From Octopus sinensis (taxonomy: Eukaryota), in NCBI RefSeq assembly GCF_006345805.1, contig NC_043008.1:8928001-8992000 (forward strand): 64,000 nt of DNA, given 5' to 3'. Positions within the stretch are counted from its first letter, which is position 1. The number at the start of each line of letters is the position of its first letter. Below the pieces are notes generated by a model that worked only from the letters and a program-made list of their open reading frames with translations, was not told the DNA's origin and searched no databases. Below, piece by piece: positions 12,563 through 26,849 of this stretch. Made by a program: the position numbers and the translations under genes.

Positions 12563-13655
12563 ATATTATCCTTGTTTAAAGTAGTGAATGTGGCCATAAT
12601 CCTTGCCTTCAGTTCATCTTTGGTGTTACAAAAATGTTGTTGGTCTCTCGGTCAACTGCACCCCTCACATAATAATCGAGGGGGTTACAGTCTGGGGAGT
12701 TAGGTAGCCAGATGTTAGGGGTGATGTGGTCGCAGAAATTGTCTGACAGCCATAACTGGGTTCTCCTTCTTGTGTGGCATGGTACAGAATCTTGTTGCTA
12801 GATATAGTGTCTTCCAGCAACCACCCTCTTGGCCAAGGGTAGCATTAACTAATCCGGGCACTTGATGAAGGCCTCCGTGTTGAGTTTGAGGCTGTGTGGG
12901 AAGATGACTGGAGGGATAACGTTGCCATCACTACTGATCACTCTGAACACCACGATGTTGACTGGATGTTTGATTTTTATCACTTCCGGTACATGTTTAG
13001 GGGGCACGGCATGGCAATGGTTGTTCTGTGAGCTCACCATCTGATCCTGGCAGAAATTTCCAAAGCCTGATCGGTTGAAGGGGACGCTTGACGTGGTTCA
13101 AACGCTTCGTAGCGCTGTCTTTCCTCTTGTCCTTGATGGACTGGGATAAAAATCGGCCCTTTCTCATCTTGTATGAAGAATACAGAATGTCTTGATGCAC
13201 TACCTGTCTGATAAGAAACTCAGACACTCGCATTTTCCGAGCAATGGACCTGATTGGCTTGCAGGGATCGTTGTCAATCATGGTCTGACTCTCACCAACA
13301 AATTCAGGAGTTCTTTTCTTATCAGATCGATCACAGTGAGTTATCCGAGCTGCCGTGTCTTCGTAATCACCATTAGACTCAACCAACTCTTTCCAATTTC
13401 CTCTGCATTGTCCTCAAATTTACACCCAAACACTCGGAAATGTTCGTATCGGAGCTTCCGGCGCGAATGCCAAGCAGTACATTACGTCGTTTCTAAATTT
13501 CTGGCAGAGTAGATTGCGTCATGGTGGTGTATTTTTTTTCACAAACGCTGCCCAACTGATCCAACTATACTACGTAGTCGACAAAATCAGAAGCAACCAA
13601 TGCGTATGCGTGAAATTAAAAGCATAAAAGAGCGACAATTTACCAACCGCTCCCT
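12563..13655 (-). mobile_element. DD37D (maT-family) Tc1/mariner transposon, transposase pseudogene
   Basis: ATG at 13522. The C-terminal catalytic region reads QQD-SVPCHTRRRTQLWLSDNFCDHITPNIWLPNSPDCNPL-DYY, exactly 37 residues between D2 and D3. There are several stops and frameshifts. The 5' end is CCGCTCCCT|ATA at about 13655; the 3' end is truncated. Confidence 0.9.
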
Positions 13656-13662
13656 ATATATA

Positions 13663-13955
13663 TAAAGGGTAAAGACCCCCTTCGGTCATGAATGACCATG
13701 GGATTGCACCTAGAAAGTTACCCTCCCAGGCACAAGTCCGGGCAAGGTTGTTTTGTGGAAGCCCAACAGTGCGCCATGCATACCAGCCTCCCTCTCCACG
13801 CCACCAGTGTTATCCATGGGAAAGACAAAGGTCGATACAGCTTGCACCAGTGACGTCGCAACTCATTTCTACAGTGAGGGAACTGGGCAATGTGAAATAA
13901 AGTGCTTTGCTCAAGAACACAACACGCAGCCCGGTCCGGGATTCGAGCTCACAAC

Positions 13956-13957
<2 letters not shown>
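13663..13957 (-). mobile_element. tRNA-derived SINE (separate family G), 5'-truncated in the head
   Basis: Sense strand has a B-box-like gagctcgaatccc, then gtgttcttgagcaaagcactttatttcacattg (CORE/V-type motif) and the tail gggggtctttacccttt. Confidence 0.7.
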
Positions 13958-13986
<29 letters not shown>

Positions 13987-14122
13987 ACCTCAGAGCTGCG
14001 GCCATGCTGATGCACCGCCGTTTTGCTATACAGTTATTACTAAAAGCCTCCTCTAATATGTGACAGTTGGTGAAGAATGTAGTTTGATGTAGCTACCCTC
14101 ATTTGCACCTCTTCCGTGAGGA

Positions 14123-14170
<48 letters not shown>

Positions 14171-14585
14171 ATATATATATATATATATACACATGTGTGT
14201 GTATGAGTGTATGTCTAAGTATAATAATATATAACGCACGTGCGTGGGCGTGCATATATTTGGGAGTGAAAATGTTTTATGTATATGTGTATATATAGAC
14301 GATAACAGTAAGAATCTAAGGTATACGTATGTCGTCTGCATTAACTAGAGCTGTATTCTTCAGAAACAGCGAGAAAAACAGTCCAGCACTTAATAAACCT
14401 CGATCACGGACTCTCTCATAAAAGTAGGATAAAAAGTAGGACACACATTTCCACACTAATTCCAATGTACTCTTTTTTGCCCTTCTTCCAAGTTTACCAT
14501 TCTTACCGAGCAGATCGCCGGTAGGTTCTTTGGATTCGGTTTATATGATACTACAATTATACATACACATATACATACATATATA

Positions 14586-14638
<53 letters not shown>

Positions 14639-14656
14639 TATTTTGTTTTTATTTTA

Positions 14657-14698
14657 TCTAGTTTCAGCTCACGAGCTGTGGCCATGCTGGGGCACCGC
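14657..14698 (-). mobile_element. 42-nt retroposon 3'-tail stub
   Basis: Identical to 53803-53844 and related to the SINE A tail. A diverged version lies at about 13985-14020. Confidence 0.75.
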
Positions 14699-14869
14699 CA
14701 TATATATATATATATTATATATATATATATAAGTAGGTTTGTATATGTATGTATGTATATGTGTGTATTTAAGTGTGTGTATATGGGTGTATGAGCGGGC
14801 GTGTGCATATATATATATATATTATGATATATATATATATATATTTATGTGTGCATGTGTATGTACATG

Positions 14870-14915
<46 letters not shown>

Positions 14916-15583
14916 TCTGTGTGAGTGTGTGTGCAAGTGCGTGTACATTTATACATCCAATACGCACACACACAGATCCCCCTCACGTGCACGCACGCGC
15001 AGAAGCACTCGCCCCGAATACCTTCATGGATGCTATGAATATAAGGAAGTCAGCGATGCTGTCACATTTAGGATGTAGCTTTAAATGTCTTATCTTTCTT
15101 TCTTACCTTTTGCTTTGTTGTGTTCAATTAATCTAATGGAACGTTTGTTTAAACTCCGATCATCAACAATGGCATCTCAAAGATATTGACGTGAATGTTA
15201 AAATTCCTTCATAACGCATATATATATATATATAGATACATGTACATATGTGTGTATATATATGTATGTATATATTTGTGTCTGTGTCCGTGTGTGTGTG
15301 TATGTGTGCGTCTGTGTTTGTGCCAGTTTGTACATATGTGTGTTTGTGTATGCGTATCCATGCTTCTATTCATGTACATACGTACGTATGAATCCATCCA
15401 TGTATGTATTTGTAATATATGAATATACAAAGGGATATGCGTATATGAGTGTGTGTGGTGTGTGTGTGTGTGTGTACGTACGTGCGTAGTGCGCATGTAT
15501 GAAAATATGTGTATATACCAAACGTTGTCAACAAGCGTAAAGGGGAAGTTGATTGCAAGTATAAGAGGAAATAATGATATATA

Positions 15584-15617
<34 letters not shown>

Positions 15618-15876
15618 TGATATATATACATTATATATATATATGTATATGTGTGTATACATATATATATGTATGTATATATGTATGTACATATAGATGA
15701 ATAAATATAGATAAACATGCGCATATATATAAACGTACATAAATATATATACGCATATATGTATATATTTATATATGTATACACGCACATATACATAAAC
15801 AACATATATGTTGTGTTGTGTGTGGGTGTGTGTATACGTATATATGCATATATGTATATATATATACATATATAGA

Positions 15877-15916
<40 letters not shown>

Positions 15917-16359
15917 TATATTATATATATATTATATATATATATATTATATATATACACATATATATATATGTATTTATAAATATGTATATATCAACTA
16001 TATATACTATATATATATATATAATATATATATATATTATAACATACATATCAAACGTACATAAGTGCATGGTTGGTAAAATGGTTTTGTGGCAATAAAA
16101 TATATAAAATCCAATAGATATCTTAATGAAATAACTACATTACAAGCTTTCAGTGATATATCTATAATTTCTGAAAATCCTTTTGATATTCTGTACGCAG
16201 GTTTGTTAGAGTATATTATAAAAGCCAGCCAATAAGAGGAAATAAAACGAGAATGAAATACAAAGGAGCGAAAGATAAGGAACCTAATTTTAGTTATGAT
16301 GTTATTACAGAGCATAGTGAATATGCTTGATCCTAGTCTCACTAATACTGCTGCTGTCA

Positions 16360-17300
<941 letters not shown>

Positions 17301-17559
17301 AATGTCAGTACAGCAAGTAGAACGAACGTCAGTGAGTCCTATTGTTAGTCACAAGACCGGTTAATGAAGAAAGCTGTATCGTTGATTTTATTAGTGTATA
17401 AAACCATCCTCGGAGGGAGAATGGCGGAATGGCGGTGATTCATTCGCATGGCGGAGAAATCATTCACATCGGCTTTATTGTAAAGTAGGTATGGTGGCGT
17501 TCTAGTTCAAACAGCACTGGCAGAAATTCCTTCGGGTACAGCAGCAGCATCAACAGCAG

Positions 17560-17890
17560 CAACATTAGCAGCAGCAATAGTAGTACCAGCAGGATGAAGA
17601 TGAGAAGGGGTGGGGAGGAGAAAGAGAAGGAGGAACGTTGAAGAAGGAGAGGATGTGAAGAAGGAGGGGTAGGAGAAGGGGTTGGAGAAGGGGAAGGAGA
17701 GGAAGGAGAAGGAAGAGGAGGGGAAGCAGGAGGGAGAGGAGGAAGCAGGAGAGGAAGCAGGAGGATGAGGATGATGATGAGGAGGATGATGGTAACGACG
17801 ACGACAACGATGATGATGGTGGTGGTGGCTGTGGTGGTGATAATCATGATGATGATGATGATGATGATGTGGAGGATGAAAATGATGATG
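17560..17890. repeat. Purine-rich (CAG)/(GGA)/(GAT)/(GGT) low-complexity tract
   Basis: Direct inspection. Confidence 0.85.
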
Positions 17891-18100
17891 ATAAAAATAT
17901 ATTTTATAATTTCAACAGTGTACATTTTTTTTCTATCGCAAACTCATTAGGCGGCCTCCCTAGAAACTTCAAATGGACATGTCAGTTAATATCAAGATGA
18001 TTTACATAAGATGTTCTAGAAGAGCAGAAGGGTAGACGCCAGGGTTTATGCAACAGTCAATGGTTGGTCAACAAAGCAAATAACTAACGATTGTTATTAG

Positions 18101-18486
18101 TTTTTTACTCTAGGCAGAAGGCCCGAAATTTTGGGGGAAGGATGCCAGTCGATTAAATCGACCACTGTACGCCACTGCTACTTAATTTTTCGACCCCGAA
18201 AGTATAAAAGGCAAAGTCGCCCTCGGCGAATTTGAACTCAGAACGTAAAGACAGACGAAATACCTATTTCTTTATTACCAACAAGGGGCCAAACACAGAG
18301 GGGACAAACAAGGACAGACAAACGGATCAAGTCGATTACATCAACCCCAGTGCGTAACTGGTACTTATTTAATCGACCCCGAAAGGATGAAAGGCAAAGT
18401 CGACCTCGGTGGAATTTGAACTCAGAACGTAACGGCAGACGAAATACGGCTACGCATTTCCCCCGGCGTGCTAACGTTTCTGCCAG
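18101..18486 (-). mobile_element. SINE family B dimer (full monomer joined to a headless monomer with a different tail)
   Basis: Sense junction taaagaaatag|gtatttcgtctg at 18263/18264. Both halves carry gagttcaaattc-ccgag-gcgactttgcctt. Confidence 0.85.
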
Positions 18487-18659
18487 TATGCATGAATAAT
18501 AAAGGTTTGAATATGGCACAGGTGAACTTTTCACATGTACACCACGCGTGAATTCTAGACATTAGCTACGAACATGGTAGTACTAAATATGGAAATACAT
18601 GGAATATGTGGTAGGTGGCTAACAATTTTGCAGTTAATACAAGCAGAGGTAGATATTGC

Positions 18660-18850
18660 TTGAGTTTCAGGATTCATATGGCCGGTTACATGGCGTACAA
18701 GCGACCGAGATCCCTTGACCCTCGCATGGGATGTCAGCCGGTGTTAAGGCTATCATTTATCCCTGAATGAACTGGGGTAACAGAACAGGAAGTTTTTTCA
18801 TCAAACACACAAAGCACTGTCCAGTGAGGGAATCGAAGTCACCATCTCAC
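18660..18850 (-). mobile_element. Highly decayed ancient SINE (V/Meta-type central domain suspected)
   Basis: Sense strand: B-box-like ttcgattccc, then ccagttcattcagggataaatg ... gacatcccatgcgaggg ... gtcgcttgtacgccatgtaaccgg, which resembles conserved metazoan SINE bodies from memory. Confidence 0.35.
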
Positions 18851-19328
18851 CAGAACAAAATTTCATTATTTCAAGTTTGATTAGATAATTATAGACAAGA
18901 TAATCAAATACTGGACATAATCTGATTAATCACTTAGCCCATAAATTGTGGTCTTGTCTCAATATCAGAGTGGTAATTTTTTATAATTATTAGTACAAAT
19001 AATTTATCATTTATGTATCAAATATCTGATTGAAGTCTCTACATAGCAGCAACATTTGCTGGAAATACCAACCGTTATATCGAATCACACGCTAAAAGCG
19101 TACAGGAATAGACTCAAAGAATATAAGTCTAGATACTGTTTGTCTGAAAACGGATGGAATGGCAATAGCTTCACTGCTTTTATCGTAGATCTGTTTAGTC
19201 AGTTTTTCCTAGGTTTCCTTACAAAATATCTTTCATTGAAAAATGGACAATGGTAGTGGTAGAAGTAGTGGCTGCAGCAGCAGCAGCATTTGTAGTATAA
19301 TACTAGTAAGTGTAACAGCAGCAACGAT

Positions 19329-19528
19329 TGGAGGCGCAATGACGCAGTGGTTAGGGCAGCGGACTCGCGGTCGTAAGAACGCGGTTTCGATTCCCAGACC
19401 GAGCATTGTGAGTGTTTATTGAGCAAAAATACCTAAGTACCACGAGGCTCCGGCGGGGTGGTGTTGGTGGTGAATCCTGCTGTACTCTTTCACCACAACT
19501 TTCTCTCATTCTTTCTTCCTACTTCTGC
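19329..19528 (+). mobile_element. SINE family C, 3'-truncated
   Basis: Head tggaggcgcaatgacgcagtggttagggcagcggactcgcgg...tttcgattcccagacc matches the 27930 copy. Confidence 0.85.
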
Positions 19529-19899
19529 CACAAAGCAGAGGAACTATGGTGTAACCCACTATGGTGTGGTAAACTTTCAGACCCTAGCCTAGATTGCGAA
19601 TCCTCTGTACCCCAGGATGGTTCAGCTCTCCACCCGTTAAAACCCACCGTTTACGGAATGAGGGCAACAACGTAGCTTTTGCGCCCGTGCAACCGCCAGT
19701 CTATCGCGTGTGGTGGCTGGATCTTGAAGTTGCCACACGCATTCTTAGTAGCTTACAGTAGGCTCGAATTAGAGATTATTCTTTGTAGCTAATGGCGTGA
19801 GTCCTGATTGGAAGAAGACAAAGACAGCAGCAACTGTTGTATAGGAGTCACAATAGCAGCAGCAGTAGTACTTGTAATTTATATATATACCGCTAAGAC

Positions 19900-21717
19900 A
19901 CGAGCCTTCACAGTTAATACAAGAAAATGAATTAATAAAAACAGAAACGAAGGCAAGACCGTTGACACCAAAGGGGTAATGTTTTAAAGGGGATTTCTTC
20001 TCACGACTTTATCTGGGGGCTAAATTAATCGCTGAAAGTTTAAAGATCTGGCTCGTATGAATGCAAGAAACTCAAACACTCTTTATATGCGAGCAACATC
20101 AAGTTGTAGAGTGAAGGTGATAAACAACCAGAAATCCTGCTGATGGGAGTATAGAGATTTATTGGAGAACTCAGAATGAGATGCAAATTATATCAAGCGA
20201 CACGGTAAGCTTAAAGAGAACAAATTTAATTAATCAAAAATACCATTTTAGGTAAAGAAACAAAGATTAGAGACTTAGAACATCCACAGACATAACAATT
20301 GTTAGAAATCAAAAAAGTAAATTATGAACAACAAACAAAAATCAAAATAAAAACTAAGAACGCGTATTACAGACACATTATATTAATACTTAAAACAGAG
20401 TTAAATCTGAATAAGTTACTAAACATCAATATTTTATTTACTCCAAAAATTCGGTAATAAGTTATAAGATTCCCAGTTTCACGTTAAATGAAGTAACAAT
20501 ATATCAAGACTAATGCTAAATAGGAAAAAGAAAAATAATTCTGACTGAATTTAGAATAAATTGCTAATAAATGGTATGGAAGCACTATATCCACAAGGAA
20601 TACAGCGAGATAGATACTGTGGTATCTGGCAGTGGACGGCAAGATTACATTACGGGATTACATTAAAAACGTGTAAAACGGGAAAATAACGAAAACAAAA
20701 GTTCAAAGAAATCTCTATATGAGGAAGCTTCCCAGATCTTACTAGAAAAGGACCTATTGTTTCTCTGGCCACTAAAGCAAATATCCTCTTCCAGTCATCC
20801 TTTCCGAATCTACAAGTGCAATATGAGATCGGGTCCATTCAAGCGGATTATGTTCACCACTCTCATTCGCCAAACGACAAATTTTCTGAGAAGTGTCACT
20901 TCCTTTCCCACCTTCGTTCTTGCAGTAGTTGGTGCTCTTGGCACAACATCCAAAATGCTACCCAAAAGACTGAAATAAATTGGAACTGAAGCTCGCATTG
21001 TCGACATGCAGGTAAGTGTCATCCCATAGTCTACAGGAATCCCAAGAAAGATTCTGAAGATTTCAGGAGACTTATCTCCAAATCTCACCATAAAATACCT
21101 GTTAACTATGTTAGCATGCATTAGCGAAATATTAAGAATAATAATCCCCCGATACAATACCAGGCAGTGTCTCTCATGGTTTCTAATCTTAACTGATCGG
21201 AAGTGTTAACACATACATGTTTTGTCTTCATGTAAAAGATGGGCTACATGTAAAAGATCTGCTCAATACCACAGATTTGCTTTTCATTTGTTTGATCTTA
21301 GCCAGTTGAGCATGTCCCTTGGTGGCTGACGATATGTTTTCTCTGATCACGAGCAGGAGTATTGGGGAAACATCATATCCATGTACTGAGAGGGGTTCTT
21401 TGGGGTTTGAATAATTCACCTCTGGAAACATGGCTGTTTCGTTCATCATCCTTAAACAACTCTTACTTAGGGACCTTTTGATTGAAATGGGCTATTCGGC
21501 ATGAAGAAAATTCTAACTGGGCCTCACCAACAAAGTTATGCACTCCCTATCTTGATGTGAGGTCACCATATCGTGCTCATATGGTAGTGAAGTATATGCA
21601 TAGTGTACCGTATTCAGACGGGTAGTCATGATGGGTATAGTAGACTTCGTATACCCATCTCAGCGTCACTTTGATGGCCTCTACTCTTCTCTTATTCAAT
21701 AATAATATAATAATAAT
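19900..21717 (+). mobile_element. Decayed Dong/R4-type (RLE) non-LTR retrotransposon: RT remnant, C-terminus, long 3' UTR, (AAT)n tail
   Basis: Remnants FKGDFFSRLY (cf. FQGDSLSPLLF), KHSLYASNIKL (cf. HLLYMDDIKL) and YYRHIILILKTELN. C-terminal VVGALGTTSKMLPKRLK*IGTEARIVDMQ. 21170-21700 matches the reverse complement of 39713-40236 and ends ...tcaataataat. Confidence 0.75.
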
Positions 21718-21718
21718 A

Positions 21719-21876
21719 GTTTCAAATTTTGCCACACGAATAGCAATTTTGGAGAAGGGTTCACCCCGAAAGGGTGAAAGGTACATTTGACCTCGGCAGA
21801 ATTTGAACTCAGAACGTAGCGGCAGACGAATTACAGCTAAACATTCCACCCGGCGTGCTACCGATTCTACCAGCTC
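21719..21876 (-). mobile_element. SINE family B, older variant with internal deletion
   Basis: accccgaaagggtgaaagg...gaatttgaactcagaacgtagcggcagacgaa; the tail resembles the alternative tail at 18101. Confidence 0.75.
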
Positions 21877-21879
21877 CCC

Positions 21880-22255
21880 AGGGCTCCACCTGCAAGGTCA
21901 TGTACATTTTAATCTTGATATGAGGTCACCATATCGCTTACATAAACGCTCAATAGATTATTCGTCATCTGATTAGCAAAATGCTTGCATCGAAAAATGC
22001 AAGGAGCATGTCTACTAAATATCAGATATTCACATTATAATAATTAATGAATAATTTGAAAGTATAATTCCAGATTTAAATAAAATTTAACGATTATCAG
22101 GATGTCTTTACTTTTGCCATGTCTGTGTAGTTGTGATCCACGAATCTGGTGTACCCATATCAGACGGGTGGTCATGATGGGTATATTGGGCTTCGTACAT
22201 TAGTATCCCAGCGTCACTTTGATGGCATGTGCTACTCTGTCACTCAATAATAGTA
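21880..22255 (+). mobile_element. Second, split copy of the Dong/R4-type 3' UTR end
   Basis: 21880-21938 and 22128-22250 repeat the last ~200 nt of the 3' UTR, ending ...cactcaataatagtaat. Confidence 0.75.
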
Positions 22256-22580
22256 ATAATAAGAAGAATGATAATAATAATGTTTATGGAATAAAATTGT
22301 ACCCAACTGTCTGATGTGAATTATCGCAGAATGTTTGGTCAAAGAATTCGGTAACATTGGAAAATAAGACTTGAAAACAAGTGAATGAATCTCATTTCCT
22401 TTTACATAAAAGTGTAATAAAAACAGTAAACAACGCAAACAAGTAGAAATAATTATAATAAGCAAAATATAAATATTTATTTTTTCGATCGATTGAATAA
22501 TGTTTCTATGTTGCTGTTTGATTTAATTTTAGATTCTAACTTCGAAAGCATCCATAAATTTATATTTCTTTCTCACGCTA

Positions 22581-22616
<36 letters not shown>

Positions 22617-22991
22617 CTCTCTCACACACCTACTCTTCATTTCTGATACCACACACACACAACACATGCACACACACACATGCACGCACACACATACTAA
22701 CGACAACCGATTTTGTTTTTGTACTTTTCCATTTCATCATATTCGTTCCCTATTCTATTCAAGAGCCATCTCTTTTAGAGTATGTGTGCGCATGTGTCCG
22801 TGTGTGCGTGCGTGCGTGTACACATTTGTAATGCGTGTGCATGTACACACATACACACACACTTACACGTACAAATATATATATATTTACGCGTGTGTGT
22901 GTGTGTGTATATATATATATGTTTCTGTATATGCATATAGATGATATTATTATAAATATATTCCCTTCATTCTCTTCCCCTATATTTCATT

Positions 22992-23056
<65 letters not shown>

Positions 23057-23581
23057 CAGACATAAATACATATATATACGTACATACATATATACATGGA
23101 TACAGATGCGTAAACGTATGTATACATATACCCATAAACACATACATACGTTCATGCTTATTTATATACACATACACATGGAAAATAGATGTATAAGTAG
23201 ATCTCTCATATATATATTTTCAATTTTCAAAGTGTGTTACATAAGCTATATACTTGTTGGAAGAAAGAGAAAGCCACAATGAATCGCTATTTTGTTGTGG
23301 CGTTAGTCTTTTAGATAACTTTGTGAAAATGTTGCAGTCATTTATTTAGAATAACAAATAAAGAGAAAAGTCAGAGAAGATTACGAAAATAAAAAAAAAA
23401 AAACATTTTGGAAAAGAATATTGAATACACACAAAAAAAAAAACCTGCCATCGATGCCAACGTTATTTTATTCTTCAATGAGAAATTGGAATAACGACTT
23501 CATTTTGATTTACCCGCCTTAAACACATATGTCTGTGTGTGTGATTGTGTATGTTGTGTATGTGTGTCTGTGCCCGCTTAC

Positions 23582-23639
<58 letters not shown>

Positions 23640-23648
<9 letters not shown>

Positions 23649-23808
23649 AATGTATATATGTATATATAGGTGTATATATATAAATATATATATATATATA
23701 GGATGTATATATGTATAATATATATATATCTATATATTATATAATATACATATATATATATAGGAATGTATAGAATGGATATATATATATATAGGAATGT
23801 AATATTAT

Positions 23809-23840
<32 letters not shown>

Positions 23841-23907
23841 TATATAGGAATGATATATGTATATATAGGAATGTATATATATAAATATATATATTTATAG
23901 GAATGTA

Positions 23908-23946
<39 letters not shown>

Positions 23947-24010
23947 TAATATATATATATAGGAATGTATAGATATATATATAATATATATAGGAATGTA
24001 TATATCTATA
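23640..24010. repeat. Irregular minisatellite: taggaatgtata motif interspersed in (TA)n
   Basis: The motif or a near variant recurs about 9 times with variable (TA)n spacers. Confidence 0.8.
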
Positions 24011-24021
24011 TGTGTATATAT

Positions 24022-24103
<82 letters not shown>

Positions 24104-24713
24104 GTAGATATATATATATGGGTGTCGCTGTGTGAGTATATGTTTATGTTTGCGTAAATATATATATATATACGTACATAAATATACATATGTGTGTATG
24201 TGCATATAAATATTTGTGTGTGCATATGTATATGCGTGTGTGTGTGCGCTCGCATGTGTTTGTTGTCTATGTATGAGTGTGTATGTATGTGTGCGTATAT
24301 CTTAGTGTGTATGTAAATGTATTTGTGTGTATGCACAGATGGATCCGTTGCTGCATAATATAATTATTCATATATTTTTGTAATGCAAAGCAAACTATTC
24401 GCGCTCTCTCTCTCTATATATATATATACAAACTAATGCGCCTACACTCTTGTAGTACGGATATAAAATTGCGACGAATAAACGACATCAACATCAGTAA
24501 CAACAACAACAACAACAACAAAAACATAAATAAATAATTGATAGTTTGATGAAGCAGCATCATACCTAATTTCCTTGGAATGATGAATTTCTTTCAATAT
24601 TTTACCTCTATTAAAAACCTGAATGAAGACTATGGATGCAATTGTATGACTAAACAATTAGATTAGAGAGATTGTTATTACAAAATATTTATAATAGAAA
24701 TATAAACAGCAAC

Positions 24714-24749
<36 letters not shown>

Positions 24750-25159
24750 TAGTAGTAGTAGTAGTAGTAGGTGGTGGTGGTGGTAAAAAAGGGTTGTGAC
24801 GTGCATGTTTTTTATTGTGTAAACATCGATTTTGTATATGTAGATATATGTGTAGTTATGTATCATAAACAAGAGAAAAATGCCGAAAGGCCGATTTGTG
24901 TTGGCTCAGCAAAAATACTTAAGAGCCGAAGTTTCGATAATGAGTTTTGGTACTAACGACAAATTATGTATTGTTTTTACCTTATGTTTCTGCTGTTTTT
25001 GCTCTGTTTTATCGACTCGTAATATTTTATATGTAAACGCGGTTGTGTGACTTAGAATTTAGGTTTGCAACCAAACCATGTGACCATGTGACTACCGACT
25101 TTGAAGCTACTGCGGAGGATTCAGTCGATCATGCCTATGTATGTATGTTTCTCTCTCTC

Positions 25160-25198
<39 letters not shown>

Positions 25199-25363
25199 AT
25201 AGGAGAGGAAAAATTATAATCAGGCAGAATGCTAAATTGAAAGTAAATTTTAATAAAAATGGGTGTATGAAAAATTAAAAAAGAAAAACGTATTTAAATA
25301 ATAAAAAATAAAAAATAAAAAATAATAATAAAATATAATAATATATATGTATATATGGATATA

Positions 25364-25782
25364 TAGGCGCAGGAGTGGCTGTGTGGTAAGTAGCTTGCTA
25401 ACCAACCACATGGTTCCGGGTTCAGTCCCACTGCATGGCATCTTGGGCAAGTCTCTTCTGCTATAGCCCCGGGCCGACCAATGCCTTGTGAGTGGATTTG
25501 GTAGACGGAAACTGAAAGAAGTCTGTCGTATATATGTATATATACATATATGTATATGTGTGAGTGTGTGTGTTTGTGTGTCTGTATTTATCCCACTAGC
25601 ATTGCTTGACAACCGATGCTGGTGTGTTTACGTCCCCGTCACTTAGCGGTTCGGCAAAAGAGACCGATAGAATAAGTACTGGGCTTACAAAGAATAAGTC
25701 CCGGGGTCGATTTGCTCGACTAAAGGCGGTGCTCCAGCATGGCCACAGTCAAATGACTGAAACAAGTAAAAGAGAAAAGAGA
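25364..25782 (+). mobile_element. SINE family A, full length
   Basis: Complete from head taggcgcaggagtggctgtgtggtaag to tail gaaacaagtaaaagag. Confidence 0.92.
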
Positions 25783-26104
25783 GATATGTATATATGTCTA
25801 TATAGACAGTGGGTTGATTGAGCACTGGAGTATTCGCCTTAAGATCGCAAGATCGTGAGTTCCATTCCCGAAGCAAGACACTTTAGTTCAAGTTGCTCCA
25901 GTCCACTCAGGTAGCAAAAAACAAAAAACAAAAAAAAAAGAATAGTATCTCTGTTTCAAAGTCCCAACCTTGTCCCAATATCTGTTCCGCTGAATCTCCC
26001 TCGGGATTACGTTAAAAGTATGCGTTTGTGGGGAGTGCTCGTGCATTTGCGCGTTATTTTTGCAACTTACTTAATCTTTACTGTTTAATTGTTATTTTAA
26101 CTTT

Positions 26105-26327
26105 AAAGGCGGCGAGCTGGCAGAAACGTTAGAGCGCCGGGCGAAATGCGTTGCAGTATTTCGTCTGCCGTTAGTTCTGGGTTCAAATTCCGCCAAGGTC
26201 GACTTTGCCTTTCATCCTTTCGGGGTCGATAAACAAAGTAAGAGCTTCGCACTGGGGTCGATGTAATCGACTTAATCCCTTTGTCTGTCCCCTCTATGTT
26301 TAGCCCCTTGTGGGCAATAAAGAAATA
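26105..26327 (+). mobile_element. SINE family B, full length
   Basis: Head aaaggcggcgagctggcagaaacgttag, B-box-like gggttcaaattcc, tail ...tgtgggcaataaagaaata. Probable 7-bp TSD actttaa. Confidence 0.92.
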
Positions 26328-26433
26328 TACTTTAATTTTAACTTTTCTATTATATGTAATTTTCTAGATGGTGTAATTTAATTATTCATTTTGAATTGAT
26401 AAAAGGTGGGTTTTGTTCTAATATTTTATATAT

Positions 26434-26838
26434 ACTCTTTACTCTCTCTTTTACTCTTTTACTTGTTTCAGTCATTTGACTGCGGCCATGCTGGAGTACC
26501 GCATTTAATCGAGCAACTCGACCCCGGGACTTATTTTTTTGTAAGCCCAGTACTTATTCTATCGGTCTCTTTTGTCGAACCGCTAAGTAACGGGGACATA
26601 AACACACCAACATCGGTTGTCAAGCAATGCTAGGGGGACAAACACAGATACACAAACACACACACGCATATATATATATACATATATACGACGGGCTTCT
26701 TTCAGTTTCCGTCTACCAAATCCACTCACAAGGCTTTGGTCGGCCCGAGGCTATAGTATAAGATACCTGTCCAAGGTGCCACGCAGTGGGACTGAACCCG
26801 GAACCATGTGGTTGGTAAACAAGCTACTTACCACACAG
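26434..26838 (-). mobile_element. SINE family A
   Basis: Aligns to the other A copies and lacks the extreme 5' end. Confidence 0.9.
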
Positions 26839-26849
26839 AGAGAAAGAGA

